A DNA stretch of 64,000 nucleotides from Auanema rhodensis (lineage: Eukaryota; Animalia; Nematoda). Made by a program: the position numbers and the translations under genes. Each line of letters starts with the position of its first letter. The first letter of the stretch is position 1. A model generated the notes under the pieces. That model saw nothing but the letters and a program-made list of their open reading frames with translations, made no database searches and was not told the origin of the DNA. The stretch spans positions 4,960,001 through 5,024,000 of the forward strand of contig OZ059895.1 in the NCBI GenBank assembly GCA_964057225.1. Direction: 5' to 3'. Positions 1 to 12,601 of this stretch are shown piece by piece.

Positions 1-3000
1 GCAAATCTGATAACACAGATCGACGCAGCTTAAAAATCCGCATCGAATGCACTATACTACATTGAAAAACGCTTAATACAAAAATTAGTTATGATCGTTT
101 GAAAAATGATGCATTAGTGTATGTTGAGTTGCCATGTACACTCAACATTGCTTCCAAAAACATTTTGACAAAAATTTTTTCGAAAAATTTCAAAATAATT
201 TAGCAAAAAGTAGATGTTTTTAGATTCTTTTTTTCAAGGCAAAGACGATGGACAATGTTATTCAACGAAAAAATTAATTCTTCAGGGTGAAAATCGAGGA
301 TATAAGTGTGAACATATATCAGTTGATATCTCGGTGCATTTTCAAGCTAGCGCAAATCTGATAACACAGATCGACGCAGCTTAAAAATCCGCATCGAATG
401 CACTATACTTCATTGAGAAACGCTTAATACAAAAATTAGTTATGATCGTTTGAAAAATGATGCATTAGTGTATGTTGAGTTTCCATGTACACTCAACATT
501 GCTTCCAAAAACATTTTGACAAAACTTTTTTCGAAAAATTTCAAAATAATTTAGCAAAAAGTAGATGTTTTTAGATTCTTTTTTTCAAGGCAAAGACGAT
601 GGACAATGTTATTCAACGAAAAAATTAATTCTTCAGGGTGAAAATCGAGGATATAAGTGTGAACTTATATCAGTTGATATCTCGGTGCATTTTTAAGCTA
701 GCGCAAATCTGATAACACAGATCGACGCAGCTTAAAAATCCGCATCGAATGCACTATACTACATTGAGAAACGCTCAATACAAAAATTAGTTATGATCGT
801 TTGAAAAATGATGCATTAGTGTATGTTGAGTTTCCATGTACACTCAACATTGCTTCCAAAAACATTTTGACAAAAATTTTTTCGAAAAATTTCAAAATAA
901 TTTAGCAAAAAGTAGTTGTTTTTAGATTCCTTTTCTCAAGGCAAAGACGATGGACAATGTTATTCAACGAAAAAATTAATTCTTCAGGGTGAAAATCGAG
1001 GATATAAGTGTGAAGTTATATCAGTTGATATCTCGGTGCATTTTTAAGCTAGCGCAAATCTGATAACACAGATCGACGCAGCTTAAAAATCCGCATCGAA
1101 TGCACTATACTACATTGAAAAACGCTTAATACAAAAATTAGTTATGATCGTTTGAAAAATGATGCATTAGTGTATGTTGAGTTTCCATGTACACTCAACA
1201 TTGCTTCCAAAAACATTTTGACAAGAATTTTTTCGAAAAATTTCAAAATAATTTAGCAAAAAGTAGATGTTTTTAGATTCTTTTTTTCAAGGCAAAAACG
1301 ATGGACAATGTTATTCAACGAAAAAATTAATTCTTCAGGGTGAAAATCGAGGATATAAGTGTGAACATATATCAGTTGATATCTCGGTGCATTTTCAAGC
1401 TAGCGCAAATCTGATAACACAGATCGACGCAGCTTAAAAATCCGCATCGAATGCACTATACTTCTTTGAGAAACGCTTAATACAAAAATTAGTTATGATC
1501 GTTTGAAAAATGATGCATTAGTGTATGTTGAGTTTCCATGTACACTCAACATTGCTTCCAAAAACATTTTGACAAAAATTTTTTCGAAAAATTTCAAAAT
1601 AATTTAGCAAAAAGTAGATGTTTTTAGATTCTTTTTTTCAAGGCAAAGACGATGGACAATGTTATTCAACGAAAAAATTAATTCTTCAGGGTGAAAATCG
1701 AGGTTATAAGTGTGAACTTATATCAGTTGATATCTCGGTGCATTTTTAAGCTAGCGCAAATCTGATAACACAGATCGACGCAGCTTAAAAATCCGCATCG
1801 AATGCACTATACTTCATTGAGAAACGCTCAATACAAAACTTGGTTATGATCGTTTGAAAAATGATGCATTAGTGTATGTTGAGTTTCCATGTACACTCAA
1901 CATTGCTTCCAAAAACATTTTGACAAAAATTTTTTCGAAAAATTTCAAAATAATTTAGCAAAAAGTAGATGTTTTTAGATTCTTTTTTTCAAGGCAAAGA
2001 CGATGGACAATGTTATTCAACGAAAAAAATAATTCTTCAGGGTGAAAATCGAGGTTATAAGTGTGAACTTATATCAGTTGATATCTCGGTGCATTTTCAA
2101 GCTAGCGCAAATCTGATAACACAGATCGACGCAGCTTAAAAATCCGCATCGAATGCACTATACTTCATTGAGAAACGCTTAATACAAAAATTAGTTATGA
2201 TCGTTTGAAAAATGATGCATTAGTGTATGTTGAGTTTCCATGTACACTCAACATTGCTTCCAAAAACATTTTGACAAAAATTTTTTCGAAAAATTTAAAA
2301 ATAATTTAGCAAAAAGTAGATGTTTTTAGATTCTTTTTTTCAAGGCAAAGACGATGGACAATGTTATTCAACGAAAAAATTAATTCTTCAGGGTGAAAAT
2401 CGAGGTTATAAGTGTGAACTTATATCAGTTGATATCTCGGTGCATTTTCAAGCTAGCGCAAATCTGATAACACAGATCGACGCAGCTTAAAAATCCGCAT
2501 CGAATGCACTATACTTCATTGAGAAACGCTTAATACAAAAATTAGTTATGATCGTTTGAAAAATGATGCATTAGTGTATGTTGAGTTTCCATGTACACTC
2601 AACATTGCTTCCAAAAACATTTTGACAAAAATTTTTTCGAAAAATTTCAAAATAATTTAGCAAAAAGTAGATGTTTTTAGATTCTTTTTTTCAAGGCAAA
2701 GACGATGGACAATGTTATTCAACGAAAAAATTAATTCTTCAGGGTGAAAATCGAGGTTACAAGTGTGAACTTATATCAGTTGATATCTCGGTGCATTTTT
2801 AAGCTAGCGCAAATCTGATAACACAGATCGACGCAGCTTAAAAATCCGCATCGAATGCACTATACTTCATTGAGAAACGCTTAATACAAAACTTGGTTAT
2901 GATCGTTTGAAAAATGATGCATTAGTGTATGTTGAGTTTCCATGTACACTCAACATTGCTTCCAAAAACATTTTGACAAAAATTTTTTCGAAAAATTTCA

Positions 3001-6000
3001 AAATAATTTAGCAAAGAGTAGATGTTTTAAGATTCTTTTTTTCAAGGCAAAGACGATGGACAATGTTATTCAACGAAAAAATTAATTCTTCAGGGTGAAA
3101 ATCGAGGTTACAAGTGTGAACTTATATCAGTTGATATCTCGGTGCATTTTTAAGCTAGCGCAAATCTGATAACACAGATCGACGCAGCTTAAAAATCCGC
3201 ATCGAATGCACTATACTTCATTGAAAAACGCTTAATACAAAAATTAGTTATGATCGTTTGAAAAATGATGCATTAGTGTATGTTGAGTTTCCATGTACAC
3301 TCAACATTGCTTCCAAAAACATTTTGACAAAAATTTTTTCGAAAAATTTCAAAATAATTTAGCAAAAAGTAGATGTTTTTAGATTCTTTTTTTCAAGGCA
3401 AAGACGATAGACAATGTTATTCAAACGAAAAAATTAATTCTTCAGGGTGAAAATCGAGGTTATAAGTGTGAACTTATATCAGTTGATATCTCGGTGCATT
3501 TTCAAGCTAGCGCAAATCTGATAACACAGATCGACGCAGCTTAAAAATCCGCATCGAATGCACTATACTTCATTGAAAAACGCTTAATACAAAAATTAGT
3601 TATGATCGTTTGAAAAATGATGCATTAGTGTATGTTGAGTTTCCATGTACACTCAACATTGCTTCCAAAAACATTTTGACAAAAATTTTTTCGAAAAATT
3701 TCAAAATAATTTAGCAAAGAGTAGATGTTTTAAGATTCTTTTTTTCAAGGCAAAGACGATGGACAATGTTATTCAACGAAAAAATTAATTCTTCAGGGTG
3801 AAAATCGAGGTTATAAGTGTGAACTTATATCAGTTGATATCTCGGTGCATTTTTAAGCTAGCGCAAATCTGATAACACAGATCGACGCAGCTTAAAAATC
3901 CGCATCGAATGCACTATACTTCATTGAAAAACGCTTAATACAAAAATTAGTTATGATCGTTTGAAAAATGATGCATTAGTGTATGTTGAGTTTCCATGTA
4001 CACTCAACATTGCTTCCAAAAACATTTTGACAAAAATTTTTTCGAAAAATTTCAAAATAATTTAGCAAAAAGTAGATGTTTTTAGATTTTTTTTTTCAAG
4101 GCAAAGACGATGGACAATGTTATTCAACGAAAAAATTAATTCTTCAGGGTGAAAATCGAGGTTATAAGTGTGAACTTATATCAGTTGATATCTCGGTGCA
4201 TTTTCAAGCTAGCGCAAATCTGATAACACAGATCGACGCAGCTTAAAAATCCGCATCGAATGCACTATACTTCATTGAAAAACGCTTAATACAAAAATTA
4301 GTTATGATCGTTTGAAAAATGATGCATTAGTGTATGTTGAGTTTCCATGTACACTCAACATTGCTTCCAAAAACATTTTGACAAAAATTTTTTCGAAAAA
4401 TTTCAAAATAATTTAGCAAAAAGTAGATGTTTTTAGATTCTTTTTTTCAAGGCAAAGACGATGGACAATGTTATTCAACGAAAAAATTAATTCTTCAGGG
4501 TGAAAATCGAGGTTATAAGTGTGAACTTATATCAGTTGATATCTCGGTGCATTTTCAAGCCAGCGCAAATCTGATAACACAGATCGACGCAGCTTAAAAA
4601 TCCGCATCGAATGCACTATACTTCATTGAAAAACGCTTAATACAAAAATTAGTTATGATCGTTTGAAAAATGATGCATTAGTGTATGTTGAGTTTCCATG
4701 TACACTCAACATTGCTTCCAAAAACATTTTGACAAAAATTTTTTCGAAAAATTTCAAAATAATTTAGCAAAAAGTAGATGTTTTTAGATTCTTTTTTTCA
4801 AGGCAAAGACGATGGACAATGTTATTCAACGAAAAAATTAATTCTTCAGGGTGAAAATCGAGGTTATAAGTGTGAACTTATATCAGTTGATATCTCGGTG
4901 CATTTTCAAGCCAGCGCAAATCTGATAACACAGATCGACGCAGCTTAAAAATCCGCATCGAATGCACTATACTTCATTGAGAAACGCTTAATACAAAAAT
5001 TAGTTATGATCGTTTGAAAAATGATGCATTAGTGTATGTTGAGTTTCCATGTACACTCAACATTGCTTCCAAAAACATTTTGACAAAAATTTTTTCGAAA
5101 AATTTCAAAATAATTTAGCAAAAAGTAGTTGTTTTTAGATTCCTTTTTACAAGGCAAAGACGATGGACAATGTTATTCAACGAAAAAATTAATTCTTCAG
5201 GGTGAAAATCGAGGATATAAGTGTGAACTTATATCAGTTGATATCTCGGTGCATTTTCAAGCTAGCGCAAATCTGATAACACAGATCGACGCAGCTTAAA
5301 AATCCGCATCGAATGCACTATACTTCATTGAGAAACGCTTAATACAAAAATTAGTTATGATCGTTTGAAAAATGATGCATTAGTGTATGTTGAGTTTCCA
5401 TGTACACTCAACATTGCTTCCAAAAACATTTTGACAAAAATTTTTTCGAAAAATTTCAAAATAATTTAGCAAAAAGTAGATGTTTTTAGATTCTTTTTTT
5501 CAAGGCAAAGACGATGGACAATGTTATTCAACGAAAAAATTAATTCTTCAGGGTGAAAATCGAGGTTACAAGTGTGAACTTATATCAGTTGATATCTCGG
5601 TGCATTTTTAAGCTAGCGCAAATCTGATAACACAGATCGACGCAGCTTAAAAATCCGCATCGAATGCACTATACTTCATTGAGAAACGCTTAATACAAAA
5701 CTTGGTTATGATCGTTTGAAAAATGATGCATTAGTGTATGTTGAGTTTCCATGTACACTCAACATTGCTTCCAAAAACATTTTGACAAAAATTTTTTCGA
5801 AAAATTTCAAAATAATATAGCAAAAAGTAGATGTTTTTAGATTCCTTTTTTCAAGACAAAGACGATGGACAATGTTATTCAACGAAAAAATTAATTCTTC
5901 AGGGTGAAAATCGAGGATATAAGTGTGAACTTAAATCAGTTGATATCTCGGTGCATTTTTAAGCTAGCGCAAATCTGATAACACAGATCGACGCAGCTTA

Positions 6001-7749
6001 AAAATCCGCATCGAATGCACTATACTTCATTGAGAAACGCTTAATACAAAACTTGGTTATGATCGTTTGAAAAATGATGCATTAGTGTATGTTGAGTTTC
6101 CATGTACACTCAACATTGCTTCCAAAAACATTTTGACAAAAATTTTTTCGAAAAATTTCAAAATAATTTAGCAAAGAGTAGATGTTTTAAGATTCTTTTT
6201 TTCAAGGCAAAGACGATGGACAATGTTATTCAACGAAAAAATTAATTCTTCAGGGTGAAAATCGAGGTTATAAGTGTGAACTTATATCAGTTGATATCTC
6301 GGTGCATTTTTAAGCTAGCGCAAATCTGATAACACAGATCGACGCAGCTTAAAAATCCGCATCGAATGCACTATACTTCATTGAAAAACGCTTAATACAA
6401 AAATTAGTTATGATCGTTTGAAAAATGATGCATTAGTGTATGTTGAGTTTCCATGTACACTCAACATTGCTTCCAAAAACATTTTGACAAAAATTTTTTC
6501 GAAAAATTTCAAAATAATTTAGCAAAAAGTAGATGTTTTTAGATTTTTTTTTTCAAGGCAAAGACGATGGACAATGTTATTCAACGAAAAAATTAATTCT
6601 TCAGGGTGAAAATCGAGGATATAAGTGTGAACTTATATCAGTTGATATCTCGGTGCATTTTCAAGCTAGCGCACATCTGATAACACAGATCGACGCAGCT
6701 TAAAAATCCGCATCGAATGCACTATACTTCTTTGAGAAACGCTTAATACAAAACTTAGTTATGATCGTTTGAAAAATGATGCATTAGTGTATGTTGAGTT
6801 TCCATGTACACTCAACATTGCTTCCAAAAACATTTTGACAAAAATGTTTTCGAAAAATTTCAAAATAATTTAGCAAAAAGTAGATGTTTTTAGATTTTTT
6901 TTTCAAGGCAAAGACGATGGACAATGTTATTCAACGAAAAAATTAATTCTTCAGGGTGAAAATCGAGGATATAAGTGTGAACTTATATCAGTTGATATCT
7001 CGGTGCATTTTCAAGCTTGCGCAAATCTGATAACACAGATCGACGCAGCTTAAAAATCCGCATCGAATGCACTATACTTCATTGAGAAACGCTTAATACA
7101 AAAATTAGTTATGATCGTTTGAAAAATGATGCATTAGTGTATGTTGAGTTTCCATGTACACTCAACATTGCTTCCAAAAACATTTTGACAAAAATTTTTT
7201 CGAAACATTTCAAAATAATTTAGCAAAAAGTAGATGTTTTTAGATTCTTTTTTTCAAGGCAAAGACGATGGACAATGTTATTCAACGAAAAAATTAATTC
7301 TTCAGGGTGAAAATCGAGGATATAAGTGTGAACTTATATCAGTTGATATCTCGGTGCATTTTCAAGCTTGCGCAAATCTGATAACACAGATCGACGCAGC
7401 TTAAAAATCCGCATCGAATGAACTATACTTCTTTGAGAAACGCTTAATACAAAACTTAGTTATGATCGTTTGAAAAATGATGCATTAGTGTATGTTGAGT
7501 TTCCATGTACACTCAACATTGCTTCCAAAAACATTTTGACAAAAATTTTTTCGAAAAATTTCAAAATAATTTAGCAAAAAGTAGTTGTTTTTAGATTCCT
7601 TTTCTCAAGGCAAAGACGATGGACAATGTTATTCAACGAAAAAATTAATTCTTCAGGGTGAAAATCGAGGATATAAGTGTGAACTTATATCAGTTGATAT
7701 CTCGGTGCATTTTTAAGCTAGCGCAAATCTGATAACACAGATCGACGCA

Positions 7750-8182
7750 ACATACACTAATGCATCATTTTTCAAACGATCATAACTAATTTTTGTATTA
7801 AGCGTTTCTCAAAGAAGTATAGTGCATTCGATGCGGATTTTTAAGCTGCGTCGATCTGTGTTATCAGATGTGCGCTAGCTTGAAAATGCACCGAGATATC
7901 AACTGATATAAGTTCACACTTATATCCTCGATTTTCACCCTGAAGAATTAATTTTTTCGTCTTCACTGATGGCTTGACTGAGCTATCCACGTGGGTGGTG
8001 TATTTCTCATCCAGGCATGGTAGATGGGCGAATGGAGAATCGAGTATTGGGAGCTCAGATAAGATGTCGGCTCTTTCAGTGTGCGTCATGGAGCAACCGG
8101 AGGCAAGACGCTCGAAGTCGGCAAGTTCGGAACCGGAGAGGCGGACTACAGGCCTGGTTCTAGGTCCTTGAGATTCTGGTTT
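7750..8182. repeat. Composite insertion copy 1: 211-bp inverted satellite segment (7750-7960) + 222-bp foreign GC-rich fragment (7961-8182), replacing 13 bp of the monomer
   Basis: The monomer breaks after GATCGACGCA, continues as the reverse complement of the satellite (ACATACACTAATGC...TTTTTTCGT), then non-satellite CTTCACTGATGG...GATTCTGGTTT, and resumes at CATCGAATGCAC. GCTTAAAAATCCG is missing. Confidence 0.95.
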
Positions 8183-9222
8183 CATCGAATGCACTATACT
8201 ACATTGAGAAACGCTTAATACAAAAATTAGTTATGATCGTTTGAAAAATGATGCATTAGTGTATGTTGAGTTTCCATGTACACTCAACATTGCTTCCAAA
8301 AACATTTTGACAAAAATTTTTTCGAAAAATTTCAAAATAATTTAGCAAAAAGTAGATGTTTTTAGATTCCTTTTTTTAAGGCAAAGATGATGGACAATGT
8401 TATTCAACAAAAAAATTAATTCTTCAGGGTGAAAATCGAGGATATAAGTGTGAACTTATATCAGTAGATATCTCGGTGCATTTTTAAGCCAGCGCAAATC
8501 TGATAACACAGATCGACGCAGCTTAAAAATCCGCATCGAATGCACTATACTACATTGAGAAACGCTTAATACAAAAATTAGTTATGATCGTTTGAAAAAT
8601 GATGCATTAGTGTATGTTGAGTTTCCATGTACACTCAACATTGCTTCCAAAAACATTTTGACAAAAATTTTTTCGAAAAATTTCAAAATAATTTAGCAAA
8701 AAGTAGATGTTTTTAGATTCTTTTTTTTAAGGCAAAAATGATGGACAATGTTATAAAACGAAAAAATTAATTCTTCAGGGTGAAAATCGAGGATATAAGT
8801 GTGAACTTATATCAGTTGATATCTCGGTGCATTTTCAAGCTTGCGCAAATCTGATAACACAGATCGACGCAGCTTAAAAATCCGCATCGAATGCACTATA
8901 CTACATTGAGAAACGCTTAATACAAAAATTAGTTATGATCGTTTGAAAAATGATGCATTAGTGTATGTTGAGTTTCCATGTACACTCAACATTGCTTCCA
9001 AAAACATTTTGACAAAAATTTTTTCGAAAAATTTCAAGATAATTTAGCAAAAAGTAGATGTTTTTAGATTCTTTTTTTCAAGGCAAAGACGATGGACAAT
9101 GTTATTCAACGAAAAAATTAATTCTTCAGGGTGAAAATCGAGGATATAAGTGTGAACTTATATCAGTTGATATCTCGGTGCATTTTCAAGCTTGCGCAAA
9201 TCTGATAACACAGATCGACGCA

Positions 9223-9655
9223 ACATACACTAATGCATCATTTTTCAAACGATCATAACTAATTTTTGTATTAAGCGTTTCTCAAAGAAGTATAGTGCAT
9301 TCGATGCGGATTTTTAAGCTGCGTCGATCTGTGTTATCAGATGTGCGCTAGCTTGAAAATGCACCGAGATATCAACTGATATAAGTTCACACTTATATCC
9401 TCGATTTTCACCCTGAAGAATTAATTTTTTCGTCTTCACTGATGGCTTGACTGAGCTATCCACGTGGGTGGTGTATTTCTCATCCAGGCATGGTAGATGG
9501 GCGAATGGAGAATCGAGTATTGGGAGCTCAGATAAGATGTCGGCTCTTTCAGTGTGCGTCATGGAGCAACCGGAGGCAAGACGCTCGAAGTCGGCAAGTT
9601 CGGAACCGGAGAGGCGGACTACAGGCCTGGTTCTAGGTCCTTGAGATTCTGGTTT
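9223..9655. repeat. Composite insertion copy 2
   Basis: Same junctions and sequence as copy 1; offset 1473 = 3x351+420. Confidence 0.95.
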
Positions 9656-10695
9656 CATCGAATGCACTATACTACATTGAGAAACGCTTAATACAAAAAT
9701 TAGTTATGATCGTTTGAAAAATGATGCATTAGTGTATGTTGAGTTTCCATGTACACTCAACATTGCTTCCAAAAACAATTTGACAAAAATTTTTTCGAAA
9801 AATTTCAAAATAATTTAGCAAAAAGTAGATGTTTTTAGATTCCTTTTTTTAAGGCAAAGATGATGGACAATGTTATTCAACAAAAAAATTAATTCTTCAG
9901 GGTGAAAATCGAGGATATAAGTGTGAACTTATATCAGTAGATATCTCGGTGCATTTTTAAGCCAGCGCACATCTGATAACACAGATCGACGCAGCTTAAA
10001 AATCCGCATCGAATGCACTATACTACATTGAGAAACGCTTAATACAAAAATTAGTTATGATCGTTTGAAAAATGATGCATTAGTGTATGTTGAGTTTCCA
10101 TGTACACTCAACATTGCTTCCAAAAACATTTTGACAAAAATTTTTTCGAAAAATTTCAAGATAATTTAGCAAAAAGTAGATGTTTTTAGATTCTTTTTTT
10201 CAAGGCAAAGACGATGGACAATGTTATTCAACGAAAAAATTAATTCTTCAGGGTGAAAATCGAGGATATAAGTGTGAACTTATATCAGTTGATATCTCGG
10301 TGCATTTTCAAGCTAGCGCAAATCTGATAACACAGATCGACGCAGCTTAAAAATCCGCATCGAATGCACTATACTTCATTGAGAAACGCTTAATACAAAA
10401 ATTAGTTATGATCGTTTGAAAAATGATGCATTAGTGTATGTTGAGTTTCCATGTACACTCAACATTGCTTCCAAAAACATTTTGACAAAAATTTTTTCGA
10501 AACATTTCAAAATAATTTAGCAAAAAGTAGATGTTTTTAGATTCTTTTTTTCAAGGCAAAGACGATGGACAATGTTATTCAACGAAAAAATTAATTCTTC
10601 AGGGTGAAAATCGAGGATATAAGTGTGAACTTATATCAGTTGATATCTCGGTGCATTTTCAAGCTTGCGCAAATCTGATAACACAGATCGACGCA

Positions 10696-11128
10696 ACATA
10701 CACTAATGCATCATTTTTCAAACGATCATAACTAATTTTTGTATTAAGCGTTTCTCAAAGAAGTATAGTGCATTCGATGCGGATTTTTAAGCTGCGTCGA
10801 TCTGTGTTATCAGATGTGCGCTAGCTTGAAAATGCACCGAGATATCAACTGATATAAGTTCACACTTATATCCTCGATTTTCACCCTGAAGAATTAATTT
10901 TTTCGTCTTCACTGATGGCTTGACTGAGCTATCCACGTGGGTGGTGTATTTCTCATCCAGGCATGGTAGATGGGCGAATGGAGAATCGAGTATTGGGAGC
11001 TCAGATAAGATGTCGGCTCTTTCAGTGTGCGTCATGGAGCAACCGGAGGCAAGACGCTCGAAGTCGGCAAGTTCGGAACCGGAGAGGCGGACTACAGGCC
11101 TGGTTCTAGGTCCTTGAGATTCTGGTTT
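10696..11128. repeat. Composite insertion copy 3
   Basis: Same junctions; offset 1473. Confidence 0.95.
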
Positions 11129-12168
11129 CATCGAATGCACTATACTACATTGAGAAACGCTTAATACAAAAATTAGTTATGATCGTTTGAAAAATGATGC
11201 ATTAGTGTATGTTGAGTTTCCATGTACACTCAACATTGCTTCCAAAAACATTTTGACAAAAATTTTTTCGAAAAATTTCAAAATAATTTAGCAAAAAGTA
11301 GATGTTTTTAGATTCTTTTTTTCAAGGCAAAGACGATGGACAATGTTATTCAACGAAAAAATTAATTCTTCAGGGTGAAAATCGAGGATATAAGTGTGAA
11401 CTTATATCAGTTGATATCTCGGTGCATTTTCAAGCTAGCGCACATCTGATAACACAGATCGACGCAGCTTAAAAATCCGCATCGAATGCACTATACTTCT
11501 TTGAGAAACGCTTAATACAAAACTTAGTTATGATCGTTTGAAAAATGATGCATTAGTGTATGTTGAGTTTCCATGTACACTCAACATTGCTTCCAAAAAC
11601 ATTTTGACAAAAATTTTTTCGAAAAATTTCAAAATAATTTAGCAAAAAGTAGATGTTTTTAGATTCTTTTTTTCAAGGCAAAGACGATGGACAATGTTAT
11701 TCAACGAAAAAATTAATTCTTCAGGGTGAAAATCGAGGATATAAGTGTGAACTTATATCAGTTGATATCTCGGTGCATTTTCAAGCTAGCGCAAATCTGA
11801 TAACACAGATCGACGCAGCTTAAAAATCCGCATCGAATGCACTATACTTCATTGAGAAACGCTTAATACAAAAATTAGTTATGATCGTTTGAAAAATGAT
11901 GCATTAGTGTATGTTGAGTTTCCATGTACACTCAACATTGCTTCCAAAAACATTTTGACAAAAATTTTTTCGAAACATTTCAAAATAATTTAGCAAAAAG
12001 TAGATGTTTTTAGATTCTTTTTTTCAAGGCAAAGACGATGGACAATGTTATTCAACGAAAAAATTAATTCTTCAGGGTGAAAATCGAGGATATAAGTGTG
12101 AACTTATATCAGTTGATATCTCGGTGCATTTTCAAGCTTGCGCAAATCTGATAACACAGATCGACGCA

Positions 12169-12601
12169 ACATACACTAATGCATCATTTTTCAAACGATC
12201 ATAACTAATTTTTGTATTAAGCGTTTCTCAAAGAAGTATAGTGCATTCGATGCGGATTTTTAAGCTGCGTCGATCTGTGTTATCAGATGTGCGCTAGCTT
12301 GAAAATGCACCGAGATATCAACTGATATAAGTTCACACTTATATCCTCGATTTTCACCCTGAAGAATTAATTTTTTCGTCTTCACTGATGGCTTGACTGA
12401 GCTATCCACGTGGGTGGTGTATTTCTCATCCAGGCATGGTAGATGGGCGAATGGAGAATCGAGTATTGGGAGCTCAGATAAGATGTCGGCTCTTTCAGTG
12501 TGCGTCATGGAGCAACCGGAGGCAAGACGCTCGAAGTCGGCAAGTTCGGAACCGGAGAGGCGGACTACAGGCCTGGTTCTAGGTCCTTGAGATTCTGGTT
12601 T
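12169..12601. repeat. Composite insertion copy 4
   Basis: Same junctions; offset 1473. Confidence 0.95.
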
